From NCBI GenBank assembly GCA_943373155.1, contig CALSBJ010000031.1:3-64002 (forward strand): a stretch of 64,000 nucleotides of DNA. The letters run 5' to 3'. Both the position numbers and the translations under genes were made by a program. This document shows positions 45,784 to 54,714 of this stretch, in pieces (position 1 is the first letter of the stretch; each line of letters opens with the position of its first letter). A model generated the notes under the pieces. That model searched no databases. It worked only from the letters and a program-made list of their open reading frames with translations, and was not told the DNA's origin. Source of the DNA: Akkermansia muciniphila. Its GTDB lineage: Bacteria > Verrucomicrobiota > Verrucomicrobiia > Verrucomicrobiales > Verrucomicrobiaceae.

Positions 45784-47196
45784 ATGCAAGACTCTTTAAA
45801 CCAACGTGTTCGCGGATGGACGCCCTTTTTCGTGCTGGTCGATGCTTTGGCCATCTCTACCAGCTTCTTCAGCGCCTACACGCTGGCCCGTTTTCTGCCA
45901 CCGCACAGCTATCCAGTGCCCATGAGCTGGCTGCCACCTATGAAGGAGGCCATGATCCCTGCGCTGGCCGTGCTGGCGCTTCTCGTGCATGCCGCCATTT
46001 GGCTGCGTGACGGTCACTACATGCAGAACTTGCTCAACTGCCGCCGTCTGAGCACCTGCGTCGCGCAGGGCCTCTTCATCGCGGTGACGCTTTTCATCTA
46101 TGTGGCCTTGTGGCGGGACTACGAGATCTCACGGAAGCTGCTGCTGCTCTGCCTGATGCTGCTGATCCCCGCACTGTGGATGGGTAAGTACCTCTTCATG
46201 CATCTCCTCCGTGCGATGGGAGCCCGCGTGCATCCGAAGCTTCGCATCGTCGCTGTATGTGACGAGGCCTCGGAAAAGGACACGCGGCGCTGGTTTACCA
46301 ACAAACAGATGCTTGGTATCCACCTCTGTGAGGTACTCACCTCCAATACCGATGACATTGAGGACGATACCATCGAGAAGGACCTCAACGAAGCCCTCGA
46401 AAACCACCAGACCAACCTCGTCATCTGGCGGCTGCCGACCAACGCGGCCCGCACCGAGCGCCTGAGACTGCTCAGTGAGTCTCATGGCACCCATCTGGCC
46501 ATCGACTTGAACCCGATCCTCGGTGAGATGGACGGTATCCAGGTGGCCGAGTATGCCTTCATGAAGCTCGTCAGCCTTCACCGGCATCCGCTCGTGAGTC
46601 CGGCTCATCGCTTTCTGAAGCGCGTGCTCGATATCGCCATCAGCCTGCCCGTGGTGCTTTTTATCCTGCCGGGACTCTGCCTGCTGGTGGGCGTCATGCA
46701 TCGGATGTTTGCCCCCGGACCGTTGTTCTTCCGGCAGGAGCGTTCCGGCGCGGACGGAAGCAAATTCCACATCCTGAAATTCCGCACCATGATCGTGAAC
46801 CACGGCACGGAGGGCAAGCAGGCACGCCCCGGTGACAAGCGTCTCATCACTGGCGGGGCGCTGTTGCGCAAACTGAGCATCGACGAGATTCCGCAGTTCC
46901 TGAACGTCCTTGATGGCACCATGTCCGTCGTCGGTCCGCGGCCGCACATGCCGGAGCATGACGCTCTTTTTGCCCTCGCCTGCCATCAGTATCCGCTGCG
47001 TCAAAGCGTGAAGCCAGGCCTCACCGGCCTCGCACAGGTGCGCGGCTTCCGCGGTCCCATTGATGACGAGATCGAGATCCGCCAGCGGGTGCATTCCGAC
47101 ATCGAATACTGCCAGAACTGGTCCTTCGGACTCGACCTCGGCATCATCGCCCGCACGTTTTTTCACGTCTTTTCCTTCCATGCCAAATCCTGCTGA
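45784..47196 (+). CDS. Large polyprenyl-phosphate hexose-1-phosphate transferase (WcaJ/WbaP-type exopolysaccharide priming enzyme)
   Basis: N-terminal TM bundle plus central domain. C-terminus KRVLDIAISLPVVLFILPGLCLLVGVM...KFHILKFRTM...DEIPQFLNVLDGTMSVVGPRPHMP. Confidence 0.88.
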   Translation: MQDSLNQRVRGWTPFFVLVDALAISTSFFSAYTLARFLPPHSYPVPMSWLPPMKEAMIPALAVLALLVHAAIWLRDGHYMQNLLNCRRLSTCVAQGLFIAVTLFIYVALWRDYEISRKLLLLCLMLLIPALWMGKYLFMHLLRAMGARVHPKLRIVAVCDEASEKDTRRWFTNKQMLGIHLCEVLTSNTDDIEDDTIEKDLNEALENHQTNLVIWRLPTNAARTERLRLLSESHGTHLAIDLNPILGEMDGIQVAEYAFMKLVSLHRHPLVSPAHRFLKRVLDIAISLPVVLFILPGLCLLVGVMHRMFAPGPLFFRQERSGADGSKFHILKFRTMIVNHGTEGKQARPGDKRLITGGALLRKLSIDEIPQFLNVLDGTMSVVGPRPHMPEHDALFALACHQYPLRQSVKPGLTGLAQVRGFRGPIDDEIEIRQRVHSDIEYCQNWSFGLDLGIIARTFFHVFSFHAKSC

Positions 47197-47815
47197 ACAC
47201 GCGCCCGGCAGCGACTTCTTGGTACCGACCTCCTCCCTGATCATCGAGCCACCCGTCTCGATCATTCCGGCGGTTGATCCTCCAAGCATTCCCTCTGCCT
47301 TCACTCCGCTCCGCCGTCCCCGGCGGCGCACCATCCTGAGCATTCTTTCGCTCGGCCTGCTCACCTCATCGACCACACGGCGGGGCTCAGCTCCACCAGC
47401 CTACAGCCAGGTGCCCGGTCTCCATTTCGATGGCAAGTTTGCCTATCCCACCGGCTACCATCCGTATTACCTCCACCGCATCATCCAGTGCGCCAACGCC
47501 CTCGTGAACATGCCCTACAAATACGGCGGCGGGCATGCCAGCCTCGTGGATAACGGCTACGACTGCTCGGGCTCGCTTTCCTATGTCCTATGTGGCTCGG
47601 GATTTTTGCGGCGACCCATGGCCTCCACTGATTTTGGACACTTTGGCGTTCCTGGCACGGGGCTCTACCTCACCATCTACGTCCGCCCTGGCGTCCACGT
47701 CTTCATGACCGTCTGCGGCCTCCGCTTTGACACGGGTGGCGGCCATGGCCCGCGCTGGCAAAGCACCCCACGCAGCTACCAGGGCTTCCAGGCACGGCGC
47801 ATTCCAGGACTGTGA
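47180..47815 (+). CDS. NlpC/P60-family cell-wall hydrolase-like protein with Arg-rich signal region
   Basis: MPYKYGGGHASLVDNGYDCSGSLSYVL (catalytic Cys context). N-terminus RRPRRRTILSILSLGLL. Start re-picked at MPNPAEH (47180), overlapping the upstream gene end by 17 nt. Confidence 0.65.
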   Translation: MPNPAEHAPGSDFLVPTSSLIIEPPVSIIPAVDPPSIPSAFTPLRRPRRRTILSILSLGLLTSSTTRRGSAPPAYSQVPGLHFDGKFAYPTGYHPYYLHRIIQCANALVNMPYKYGGGHASLVDNGYDCSGSLSYVLCGSGFLRRPMASTDFGHFGVPGTGLYLTIYVRPGVHVFMTVCGLRFDTGGGHGPRWQSTPRSYQGFQARRIPGL

Positions 47816-47821
47816 AGGCAT

Positions 47822-47846
47822 GCAAGCAGGTCAAAAGCCTGCTTGC
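47822..47846 (+). terminator. Hairpin GCAAGCAGG-TCAAAAG-CCTGCTTGC 6 nt after the stop codon
   Basis: Read directly: 9-bp perfect stem and 7-nt loop with no following T-tract, so its status as an intrinsic terminator is uncertain. Confidence 0.4.
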
Positions 47847-47878
47847 GATAGTGGCCAGCTCCTGAATAATCGCCTTAC

Positions 47879-49411
47879 ATGGTCGCCCGCACCTACTCAG
47901 CCACCCTCTCAGGCGTGAACGCCGTCGAAATCGAGATCGAGTCCCACGATGGCGGCGGCAATCCGAAGATGATGATCGTGGGCTTGCCCGATGCCTCAGT
48001 GAAGGAAAGTCGTGAGCGGGTGAGTGCGGCGATTCAGAGCAGCGGCTTTGCGATGAACGAGGGCGTGACGACAGTGAATCTGGCTCCGGCGGATTTGAAG
48101 AAGGAAGGACCTGGCTTTGATCTGCCCATCGCCATCTCGTTGATTGCGCATCGCTCGCGCATTCCGTTCCCGGTGCTCAGCGAAACGGCGATGATCGGCG
48201 AATTGGCCTTGAATGGCGAGCTGAGGCCGGTCCGTGGTCTTTTGGCCGTGGCGCTCGAAGCTCGTGCGAAGGGGCGCAAACGTCTCCTCGTGCCCAAACG
48301 AGCTGCTTTGGAGGCGAGCGTGGTTTCGGGCATCGACATCATCGGCGTAGCCAATTTGCGTGAAGCGGTCGATTTCCTCAAAAGTGACTTCGACATCGTA
48401 CCGGAACCCTGCCGGGCAGCGGAGTTCTTCGCGGCGGCTTCCCATTACGAGATCGACTTTTCCGATGTGAAAAGCCAGGGCGATGCCAAACGAGCTATCG
48501 AAATCGCCGTGGCTGGTGGTCACAACATCCTCATGATCGGCCCGCCGGGCACGGGAAAGTCGATGATCGCCAAACGCATCGCCACGATCATGCCGGCGAT
48601 GCGCGAGGAGGAGGCCATTGAGACGACAAAGATCCACAGCGCGGCCGGTTTGCTCAGTGAGACGAATGCCTTCATCGCCACGCGGCCCTTTCGCTCGCCG
48701 CATCACACGATCAGTGATGCCGGGCTGCTCGGTGGCGGCACAAATCCCGGGCCGGGTGAGGTCTCGCTGGCGCATCATGGGGTGCTGTTTCTCGATGAAC
48801 TGCCGGAATTTCGCCGTAGCACGCTGGAGGTGCTGCGTCAGCCGTTGGAGGATGGCAAAGTCACCATCTCCCGTGCGGCGGGCACAATGACCTTTCCCGC
48901 GCAGTTCATGCTCGTGGCGGCGATGAATCCCTGCCCCTGCGGCTTCTTTGGCGATTTGAAACGCGAGTGCCGATGCAGCCCGCCGATGATCCAGAAGTAT
49001 CGCCAGCGCATCAGCGGGCCGCTGTTGGATCGCATTGATCTCCACATCGAGGTGCCGCTGGTGGAATACAAAGCGCTCTCTTCGAGTGAGAACGGCGAGT
49101 CCTCGCAAACGATCCGCCAGCGGGTGGAAATGGCCCGCTCTATCCAACGTGAACGCTTCGCGAAGAGTCCAGGCATTCATACGAATAGCGCGATGACGCC
49201 GCGACTGCTGAAAAAGCACTGCGAACTTGGCCAGCAAGCCGCCTCGATGCTCGAGCATGCGATGACGGACATGAATTTCAGCGCCCGGGCGCATGATCGC
49301 ATCCTGAAGGTGGCTCGCACCATGGCCGATCTGGCGGGAAACGACCGCATTGAGGAAAATCACGTTTTTGAAGCCATCGCCTACCGCAGCCTCGACCGCA
49401 CCCGGTGGTGA
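47879..49411 (+). CDS. comM: YifB/ComM family Mg-chelatase-like ATPase
   Basis: [21 protein letters not shown]...[14 protein letters not shown] (Lon-like N-terminal domain), Walker [27 protein letters not shown]. Confidence 0.92.
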   Translation: MVARTYSATLSGVNAVEIEIESHDGGGNPKMMIVGLPDASVKESRERVSAAIQSSGFAMNEGVTTVNLAPADLKKEGPGFDLPIAISLIAHRSRIPFPVLSETAMIGELALNGELRPVRGLLAVALEARAKGRKRLLVPKRAALEASVVSGIDIIGVANLREAVDFLKSDFDIVPEPCRAAEFFAAASHYEIDFSDVKSQGDAKRAIEIAVAGGHNILMIGPPGTGKSMIAKRIATIMPAMREEEAIETTKIHSAAGLLSETNAFIATRPFRSPHHTISDAGLLGGGTNPGPGEVSLAHHGVLFLDELPEFRRSTLEVLRQPLEDGKVTISRAAGTMTFPAQFMLVAAMNPCPCGFFGDLKRECRCSPPMIQKYRQRISGPLLDRIDLHIEVPLVEYKALSSSENGESSQTIRQRVEMARSIQRERFAKSPGIHTNSAMTPRLLKKHCELGQQAASMLEHAMTDMNFSARAHDRILKVARTMADLAGNDRIEENHVFEAIAYRSLDRTRW

Positions 49412-49427
49412 TTTTTGACCTATTTTC

Positions 49428-50240
49428 ATGCCCGAGCTTCCTGAAGTCGAAACCACTCTCCGCGGCGTCTCTCCGCATCTGATTCGTCATCGCATCACCG
49501 AGGTCATTGTGCGGGATAAGCGCCTCCGCTGGCCCGTGCCGGATGCGATGCATGACCTCGAAGGTCAGCGCATCACGGCAGGTGAGCGGCGGGCCAAGTA
49601 CCTGCTCTTCCACTCGGCCAAAGGCACGCTGCTGCTGCACCTTGGCATGTCAGGCAGCCTCCGCATCGTGCCACCGGATACACCTTGGCGGAAACACGAC
49701 CACTTTGCCCTGACGATGGACAGCGGAAAGCAGCTTCGGCTGCATGATCCGCGTCGTTTTGGAGCGGCGTTGCTTATCAAGGGCGATGCCATGGAGCACA
49801 AACTCCTCCGTGATCTCGGCCCCGAGCCGCTCGGATCAGATTTTACGGCCCCACTTCTCAAGGCGGCCTGCCTTGGCAAAACGGCTGCCATCAAGCTCGT
49901 CATCATGGATGCCCATGTCGTCGTGGGTGTGGGGAATATCTATGCCAGCGAGGCGCTCTTCATGGCCGGCATTGACCCTCGTAAACCGGCCGGAAAAGTG
50001 AGCCTGCCGCGACTCGAAAAGCTCGTCGCCGCCATCCGCGAGGTGCTCGCGGCTTCCATCGAGATGGGCGGCACCACGCTGCGGGATTTCCTGAACGAAA
50101 AAGGCGAGCCTGGCTACTTCCAGCAGACCCTCCGTGTTTATGACCGTGCCGGTGAACCCTGCCGTGCCTGCGGAGCCACGGTGAAAAAGATCGTCCTCGG
50201 CCAGCGCTCGACGTTCTTTTGCCCGAAGTGCCAGCGGTGA
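49428..50240 (+). CDS. mutM: Formamidopyrimidine-DNA glycosylase
   Basis: MPELPEVETTLRG N-terminus (catalytic Pro2/Glu3). C-terminal zinc finger CRACGATVKKIVLGQRSTFFCPKCQ. Confidence 0.93.
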   Translation: MPELPEVETTLRGVSPHLIRHRITEVIVRDKRLRWPVPDAMHDLEGQRITAGERRAKYLLFHSAKGTLLLHLGMSGSLRIVPPDTPWRKHDHFALTMDSGKQLRLHDPRRFGAALLIKGDAMEHKLLRDLGPEPLGSDFTAPLLKAACLGKTAAIKLVIMDAHVVVGVGNIYASEALFMAGIDPRKPAGKVSLPRLEKLVAAIREVLAASIEMGGTTLRDFLNEKGEPGYFQQTLRVYDRAGEPCRACGATVKKIVLGQRSTFFCPKCQR

Positions 50241-50297
50241 GGTTGCCATCTCAAAGTCAAAGGTTGACCGCCAAGGTCTGGTGGAACATCTTTTCTC

Positions 50298-50453
50298 ATG
50301 CCAGTCACTCTAACAGCATCCACTGCCATAGTCGTCTCGCCAAACCTCGTGGATGCCGGGCGTGCCAGGCAAAAGCGCGAGGCCTTGCAGATCAAAGATT
50401 GGCGCAAGGCAGCAGGCCGTATCGAGAACTCATCGGATGCACAAGATGCCTAG
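50298..50453 (+). CDS. Candidate small ORF (51 aa), possible cognate antitoxin of the downstream PIN toxin
   Basis: My own translation, below the ORF-track size cutoff: MPVTLTASTAIVVSPNLVDAGRARQKREALQIKDWRKAAGRIENSSDAQDA. It ends 45 nt before vapC. No antitoxin fold recognised. Confidence 0.25.
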   Translation: MPVTLTASTAIVVSPNLVDAGRARQKREALQIKDWRKAAGRIENSSDAQDA

Positions 50454-50498
50454 GCACTGGGCGAGGCATGGCGGAAAGCACAGCAAGAGGTTTGAGCC

Positions 50499-50918
50499 GT
50501 GCTTTACCTGCTCGACACCAATCATTTCCGTGAGCTGGCCTGGAGGCCGGAGACTACGACCGGGGAGCGATTGAGGCAGCCGATGGAGCAGTCAGGCGGG
50601 GGCTTTGCCACCACCATTATCACAGCGGATGAAACACTGCGTGGCTGGCTGGCGAAGGTCGCCTCCGCAAAAACTGCCGGGCAGCAAATATGGGCCTACG
50701 ACCAACTGGCTGCCGCCGTGCTCTGCCTAGCCGACTATTCCATGCTGCCCTGGGACACCGAGGCTGCGGCACGTTTCGAGGCTTTTCAAGCTCTCAGGCT
50801 GCGTGCTGGAACGATGGATCTGTGCATCGCGCTCGAATACGATGCGACGATTCTCACACGCAACACGGCTGACTTTGCCAAGATCCCCGGAGTGAGGTTT
50901 GAGAACTGGCTGGATTGA
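50499..50918 (+). CDS. vapC: PIN-domain ribonuclease toxin (VapC-like)
   Basis: GTG start. MLYLLDTNHF (first acidic residue), ADETLRG, GTMDLCIA, ILTRNTADF: the PIN acidic quartet context. Confidence 0.8.
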   Translation: MLYLLDTNHFRELAWRPETTTGERLRQPMEQSGGGFATTIITADETLRGWLAKVASAKTAGQQIWAYDQLAAAVLCLADYSMLPWDTEAAARFEAFQALRLRAGTMDLCIALEYDATILTRNTADFAKIPGVRFENWLD

Positions 50919-51037
50919 TCAAACGAGCCGGAAATAGCGCACTTCTGGCTTCGACATTCATTGTGGATTCGACAGCTTCCTGAGGAACCGCAGATTGCTG
51001 AACTCTGATTGCTGATTGTTGAAGTTTTTTCCCCGCC

Positions 51038-52093
51038 ATGTCCACCAGCCTTCCCCCTCTTCGCTCCACGCTCGATCTTGAACGCGTTCTCGAGTTCGAA
51101 TTTGTCCGTGCCACGGAGAACGCGGCGCTTCAGGCGATTCACTGGCTGGGGCGTGGCGAGAAGGAACTCGCGGATGGAGCGGCCTGTTCGGCGATTTACG
51201 GTGTGTTCGACATTCTCGACATCCGTGGCGAGGTGGTGATCGGCGAGGGGATCAAGGACAAGGCTCCGGGCATCTTTATCGGCGAGCACCTGGGCACCTG
51301 GCGGGATGGTTCGCCGCGTTTCAACATCGCCCTCGATCCCATTGATGGCACCAGCAACATCGCGAAAGGCATGCCGAACAGTGTTTCGGTGATCGCTGCC
51401 GCTCAGGTGCCGGATGGGGCACCGTGTGCGATGAAGAACCTGCCTTCTTTTTACTCCCACAAGATCGCCTACGGTCCGGCGGTGAAGAAGGCGCTCATCG
51501 AGAAGGGGGAGCGTTGCTTCCTCGACATGCCTCTGAACGAGGTCATCGCCTTTGTGGCGGCTGCTTTGGGGAAGCGGACACGTGATCTTGTCGTCTCGAC
51601 GATGGATCGCCCGCGTCATGCGGACATTGTGCGGCAGATCCGCGAAACGGGTGCGGCGTTGCGCATGATTTCGGACGGTGACATCGCTGCGGCCGTCGCG
51701 CCGTCGCTGCCGGATTCCAACGTCGATCTCTACATCGGCATGGGCGGCTCACCGGAAGGCATTCTGGCCGCCGCCGCGCTCAAATGCCTCGGGGGTGACA
51801 TGCAATTGCGCATGTGGCCGCATACGGAAGAGCACCGTGCCGAGATCATCGCCGAAGTGGGCGAGGAGGAACTCAACAAGGTCTTCCGCATTGATGACCT
51901 CATCCTCGGCGAGAGCGCTCTTTTCTGCGCCACCGGCATCAGCGATAGCCCGCTGCTGCCCGGCTGCCGCCTTGTCGGTCACCGCGTCGAGACGCACTCC
52001 ATCCTGATGCGTGCTCGAAGCGGCACGGTGCGCCGGATTCACGCCGTGCATGATCTTGATCGCAAAGTGGTGCCGCTGCGGGAGATGCGATAA
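51038..52093 (+). CDS. glpX: Fructose-1,6-bisphosphatase class II
   Basis: LEFEFVRATENAALQAIHWLGRGEK, ALDPIDGTSNIAKG, YIGMGGSPEG. Confidence 0.9.
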   Translation: MSTSLPPLRSTLDLERVLEFEFVRATENAALQAIHWLGRGEKELADGAACSAIYGVFDILDIRGEVVIGEGIKDKAPGIFIGEHLGTWRDGSPRFNIALDPIDGTSNIAKGMPNSVSVIAAAQVPDGAPCAMKNLPSFYSHKIAYGPAVKKALIEKGERCFLDMPLNEVIAFVAAALGKRTRDLVVSTMDRPRHADIVRQIRETGAALRMISDGDIAAAVAPSLPDSNVDLYIGMGGSPEGILAAAALKCLGGDMQLRMWPHTEEHRAEIIAEVGEEELNKVFRIDDLILGESALFCATGISDSPLLPGCRLVGHRVETHSILMRARSGTVRRIHAVHDLDRKVVPLREMR

Positions 52094-52099
52094 ATCAGC

Positions 52100-53488
52100 T
52101 CAATCTCCACGCCACCAGGAGCGCCAGGTCTTGCGGGCTTTTTGCTCGCGGGGAAGGACGACGGGGGCGGGTGGAATGATGGGCGGAGCGGGAGAGGCGG
52201 GGGGCTCGGAAGCGAGGAAAGACGTGTCGAGAGAGGCTGGTTCGAGGGGCTCGACGGGGGCGGCTTCGGGTTCCTTGGGTTGAGCGCGGGAGGCTCCGAA
52301 TCCGCGTGGGCGGACGACGATTTCGGCCTCGATGACGGGGGCGTGAGGTCGGAGGGGCGGTGGCGGTGGGAGACCGCCGGGGATGTTGGAGGGATTTTCC
52401 TCTAGAGCGGCGAGGGGATCATCGAACGTGGCTTCACCAGGGCTGGCGAGGGTGACAGGCACGAGCTCGGGCAGGCTGAGGGAGATTTCGGGCTCGGGCG
52501 TGGGTTCGATGGGAGCCGGAGGAGGTGACGGGGCAGGGAAGGGAATGGCTTCGAAGGCCGTGAAGGCTTCGAGGGAAGGTGCGGCAGGCTCAACGACGGG
52601 GGCTGGTGCAGGCTCCTCGGTGACGGTGATTTCATCCGGCAGGGCACCGCCTTGGAAAAGCGATGGGATGAAAAGGGGTTGGACTGGGAGAGGAGGCGCT
52701 GGCGTCGCCGGAGGCGGAGTGGGTTCCGGGGCGGGCTGCGGGGTGTAGCTGGCGGCTCCGGGAGGCTCGGCGAGGAAGGCAAAATCTGAGGTGGGTCTTG
52801 GCGGGACGGAGGCTGGATCGGCGGTGAGCTCATCCCAACTGGGCAGCGGCTCGATGCCGAGCAGCCAGGAGGCATTCGATGGGGCCGATGGCGGGGCCGG
52901 ATCGAGGTTTAGAAAGGGCGCGGGGCTTTCTTCGAGCGTCTCTGGAACTGGCTCCGGAAGGGGCTCTGAAGGGAAAAGGAAGCCTGCACCATCGGTTTCC
53001 GCTTGGGGCATCAAAACTGGCTCGATGGGGGTGAAGGCCGGTTGTTCGGCGGGCATGCTCCAGGAGGGAAAAACGTCCGGCAGGGCTGCTTTTGCGGTTT
53101 CGAGGGGTTCGGGGGCCGGGGGGATGGTCTCGGGCAAGGTCTCGACATCAAGCGTGATGACCGGAGCCTGCTGCTCACGCTCGATTTGCCGGGTGAGCCA
53201 GGCATCCACTTCCACGCGAGGCGGCGGCACTGGCTCGGGCGGGCGCTGCGGCAGCAATTCGAGGGGGGGTGAGGCTGGGACGATGCGCTTGCGACCGAGA
53301 AAAGCCACGGCGGCGGCTCCAGCCAGGAACATGAGGGGGGAGGGCTTTATGCGCATGGCCACGAGGCCTCCGGCGGAGATGGCGGCAAGCACGCCGAGCG
53401 CCTTGGAGGCGCCGCTGGAATGGCTGGCGTTGTCTGTTTCCATGAGTTGCTCGTGTGGAGCCATGCGAAAGGGGCTCACGACAATCAT
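52100..53488 (-). CDS. Membrane-anchored proline/glutamate-rich low-complexity protein, unknown function
   Basis: N-terminal hydrophobic segments ALGVLAAISAGGLVAM and LMFLAGAAAVAFLG are followed by about 380 aa of P/E/A/L-rich sequence. It is the only long ORF filling a 1.4-kb gap directly downstream of pilT. Start uncertain (53488, 53464 or 53443). Confidence 0.55.
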   Translation of the reverse strand: MIVVSPFRMAPHEQLMETDNASHSSGASKALGVLAAISAGGLVAMRIKPSPLMFLAGAAAVAFLGRKRIVPASPPLELLPQRPPEPVPPPRVEVDAWLTRQIEREQQAPVITLDVETLPETIPPAPEPLETAKAALPDVFPSWSMPAEQPAFTPIEPVLMPQAETDGAGFLFPSEPLPEPVPETLEESPAPFLNLDPAPPSAPSNASWLLGIEPLPSWDELTADPASVPPRPTSDFAFLAEPPGAASYTPQPAPEPTPPPATPAPPLPVQPLFIPSLFQGGALPDEITVTEEPAPAPVVEPAAPSLEAFTAFEAIPFPAPSPPPAPIEPTPEPEISLSLPELVPVTLASPGEATFDDPLAALEENPSNIPGGLPPPPPLRPHAPVIEAEIVVRPRGFGASRAQPKEPEAAPVEPLEPASLDTSFLASEPPASPAPPIIPPAPVVLPREQKARKTWRSWWRGD

Positions 53489-53547
53489 GAGGACTGTCGT
53501 GGGGGAGATATAACCTGAAGCCCGGCGATGGGAAAGGACGCTCGCGG

Positions 53548-54651
53548 TTATTTTTTGCTCTCGCCACCACCGGCGTTGGCGATCTCAGCATCCTCGGGCG
53601 GGAGGAAGTTCTTGAAGCGGCTCTTGTCGATGGCCTTCATGTAGGCCTCCATGGGGCTCACATAGCCATCACGCAGTTTCTGCCAGATGGCGTCGTCCAT
53701 GAACTGCATGCCCTGGGCTTTGCCACCGATGATGACGTCATAAAGCTTCTGGGTGGCACCTTCACGGATGATGGCGCCGACGGCGGCATTGGAGATCATG
53801 ATTTCATTCACGGCGCAGCGGCCGCCGCCATCATGGCGCTTCATGAGGAGCTGGGCCACGACGCCGCGCAGCGAGGCGGCGAGCATGGTGCGGACCTGGC
53901 TCTGCTGATCGGAGGGGAAGACGTCGATGATACGGTCAACGGTCTTGCGGGCGTTGTTGGTGTGCAGGGTGCCAAAGACGAGCAGGCCGGTTTCGGCGGC
54001 GGTGAGGGCGAGCGAGATGGTTTCGAGATCTCGCATTTCGCCCACGAGCACGATGTCCGCATCCTCGCGGAGGGCGGCGCGGAGGCCATCGGCGAAGGAA
54101 GGCGTTTGGATGGGCACTTCACGTTGGGTGATGATGCTCTTTTTGTTCCGGTGAACGAACTCGATGGGCTCTTCGACGGTGATGATGTGGCGGCGGAAGT
54201 TCGTGTTGATGTAGTCGAGCAGGGCCGCGAGCGTGGTGGACTTTCCAGAGCCGGTGGGGCCGGTGACGAGGACGAGGCCGCTGCGCAGGTGGCCGAATTC
54301 TTTGACGATCGGCGGGATGTTGAGCTGCTCGAGGCTGGCAATCTTCGTGGGAATGATACGGAAGACGCAAGCGAGGCCGTGCTGCTGCTTGAGGTAGTTG
54401 CAGCGGAAGCGGTTATCGGCGTCCATTTCGTAGGCGAAGTCGAGGTCGCCTTTGTCGAGGTATTTCTGCCAGGCTTTGGGATCGCAGATTTCCGTCATCA
54501 TCGTCTCCATGGCCTCAGCATCGAGGACTTCATCGGCGATGGGCTTGATGCTGCCGTGGACACGCACCTTGGGAGGTTGGCCCTGGCTAAGGTGAAGATC
54601 GGAGCCGCCGAGTTCGATGAGCTGGCGGAAGTATTTGTCGATGGCGGGCAT
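53548..54651 (-). CDS. pilT: Type IV pilus retraction ATPase PilT family
   Basis: GGSDLHLSQGQPPKVRVHG, Walker A GPTGSGKSTT, ITVEEPIEF, VLVGEMRDLETI, FGTLHTNNA. Confidence 0.9.
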   Translation of the reverse strand: MPAIDKYFRQLIELGGSDLHLSQGQPPKVRVHGSIKPIADEVLDAEAMETMMTEICDPKAWQKYLDKGDLDFAYEMDADNRFRCNYLKQQHGLACVFRIIPTKIASLEQLNIPPIVKEFGHLRSGLVLVTGPTGSGKSTTLAALLDYINTNFRRHIITVEEPIEFVHRNKKSIITQREVPIQTPSFADGLRAALREDADIVLVGEMRDLETISLALTAAETGLLVFGTLHTNNARKTVDRIIDVFPSDQQSQVRTMLAASLRGVVAQLLMKRHDGGGRCAVNEIMISNAAVGAIIREGATQKLYDVIIGGKAQGMQFMDDAIWQKLRDGYVSPMEAYMKAIDKSRFKNFLPPEDAEIANAGGGESKK

Positions 54652-54714
54652 GGGCGGTCGGAAAGGATGAAGGATGAAAACGAAAAGATGAAAGCAGCGG
54701 TCCTGACGGGCTGG

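Noticed and set aside
44211-49456. Minus-strand ORFs of 516, 415 and 486 aa (44211..45761, 46129..47376, 47996..49456)
   Set aside because: They are antisense to the PAS hybrid kinase, the WcaJ-type PGT and comM, each of which has strong motif support.
50941-51020. Short direct repeats (GATTGCTGA at 50993 and 51007; TTCGACA at 50950 and 50968) upstream of glpX
   Set aside because: They are too short and few to distinguish from chance without genome-wide statistics, so they are noted only as a weak operator possibility.
50786-51619. 277-aa minus-strand ORF between vapC and glpX
   Set aside because: It is antisense to glpX, which has clear class II FBPase motifs. No domain was recognised.
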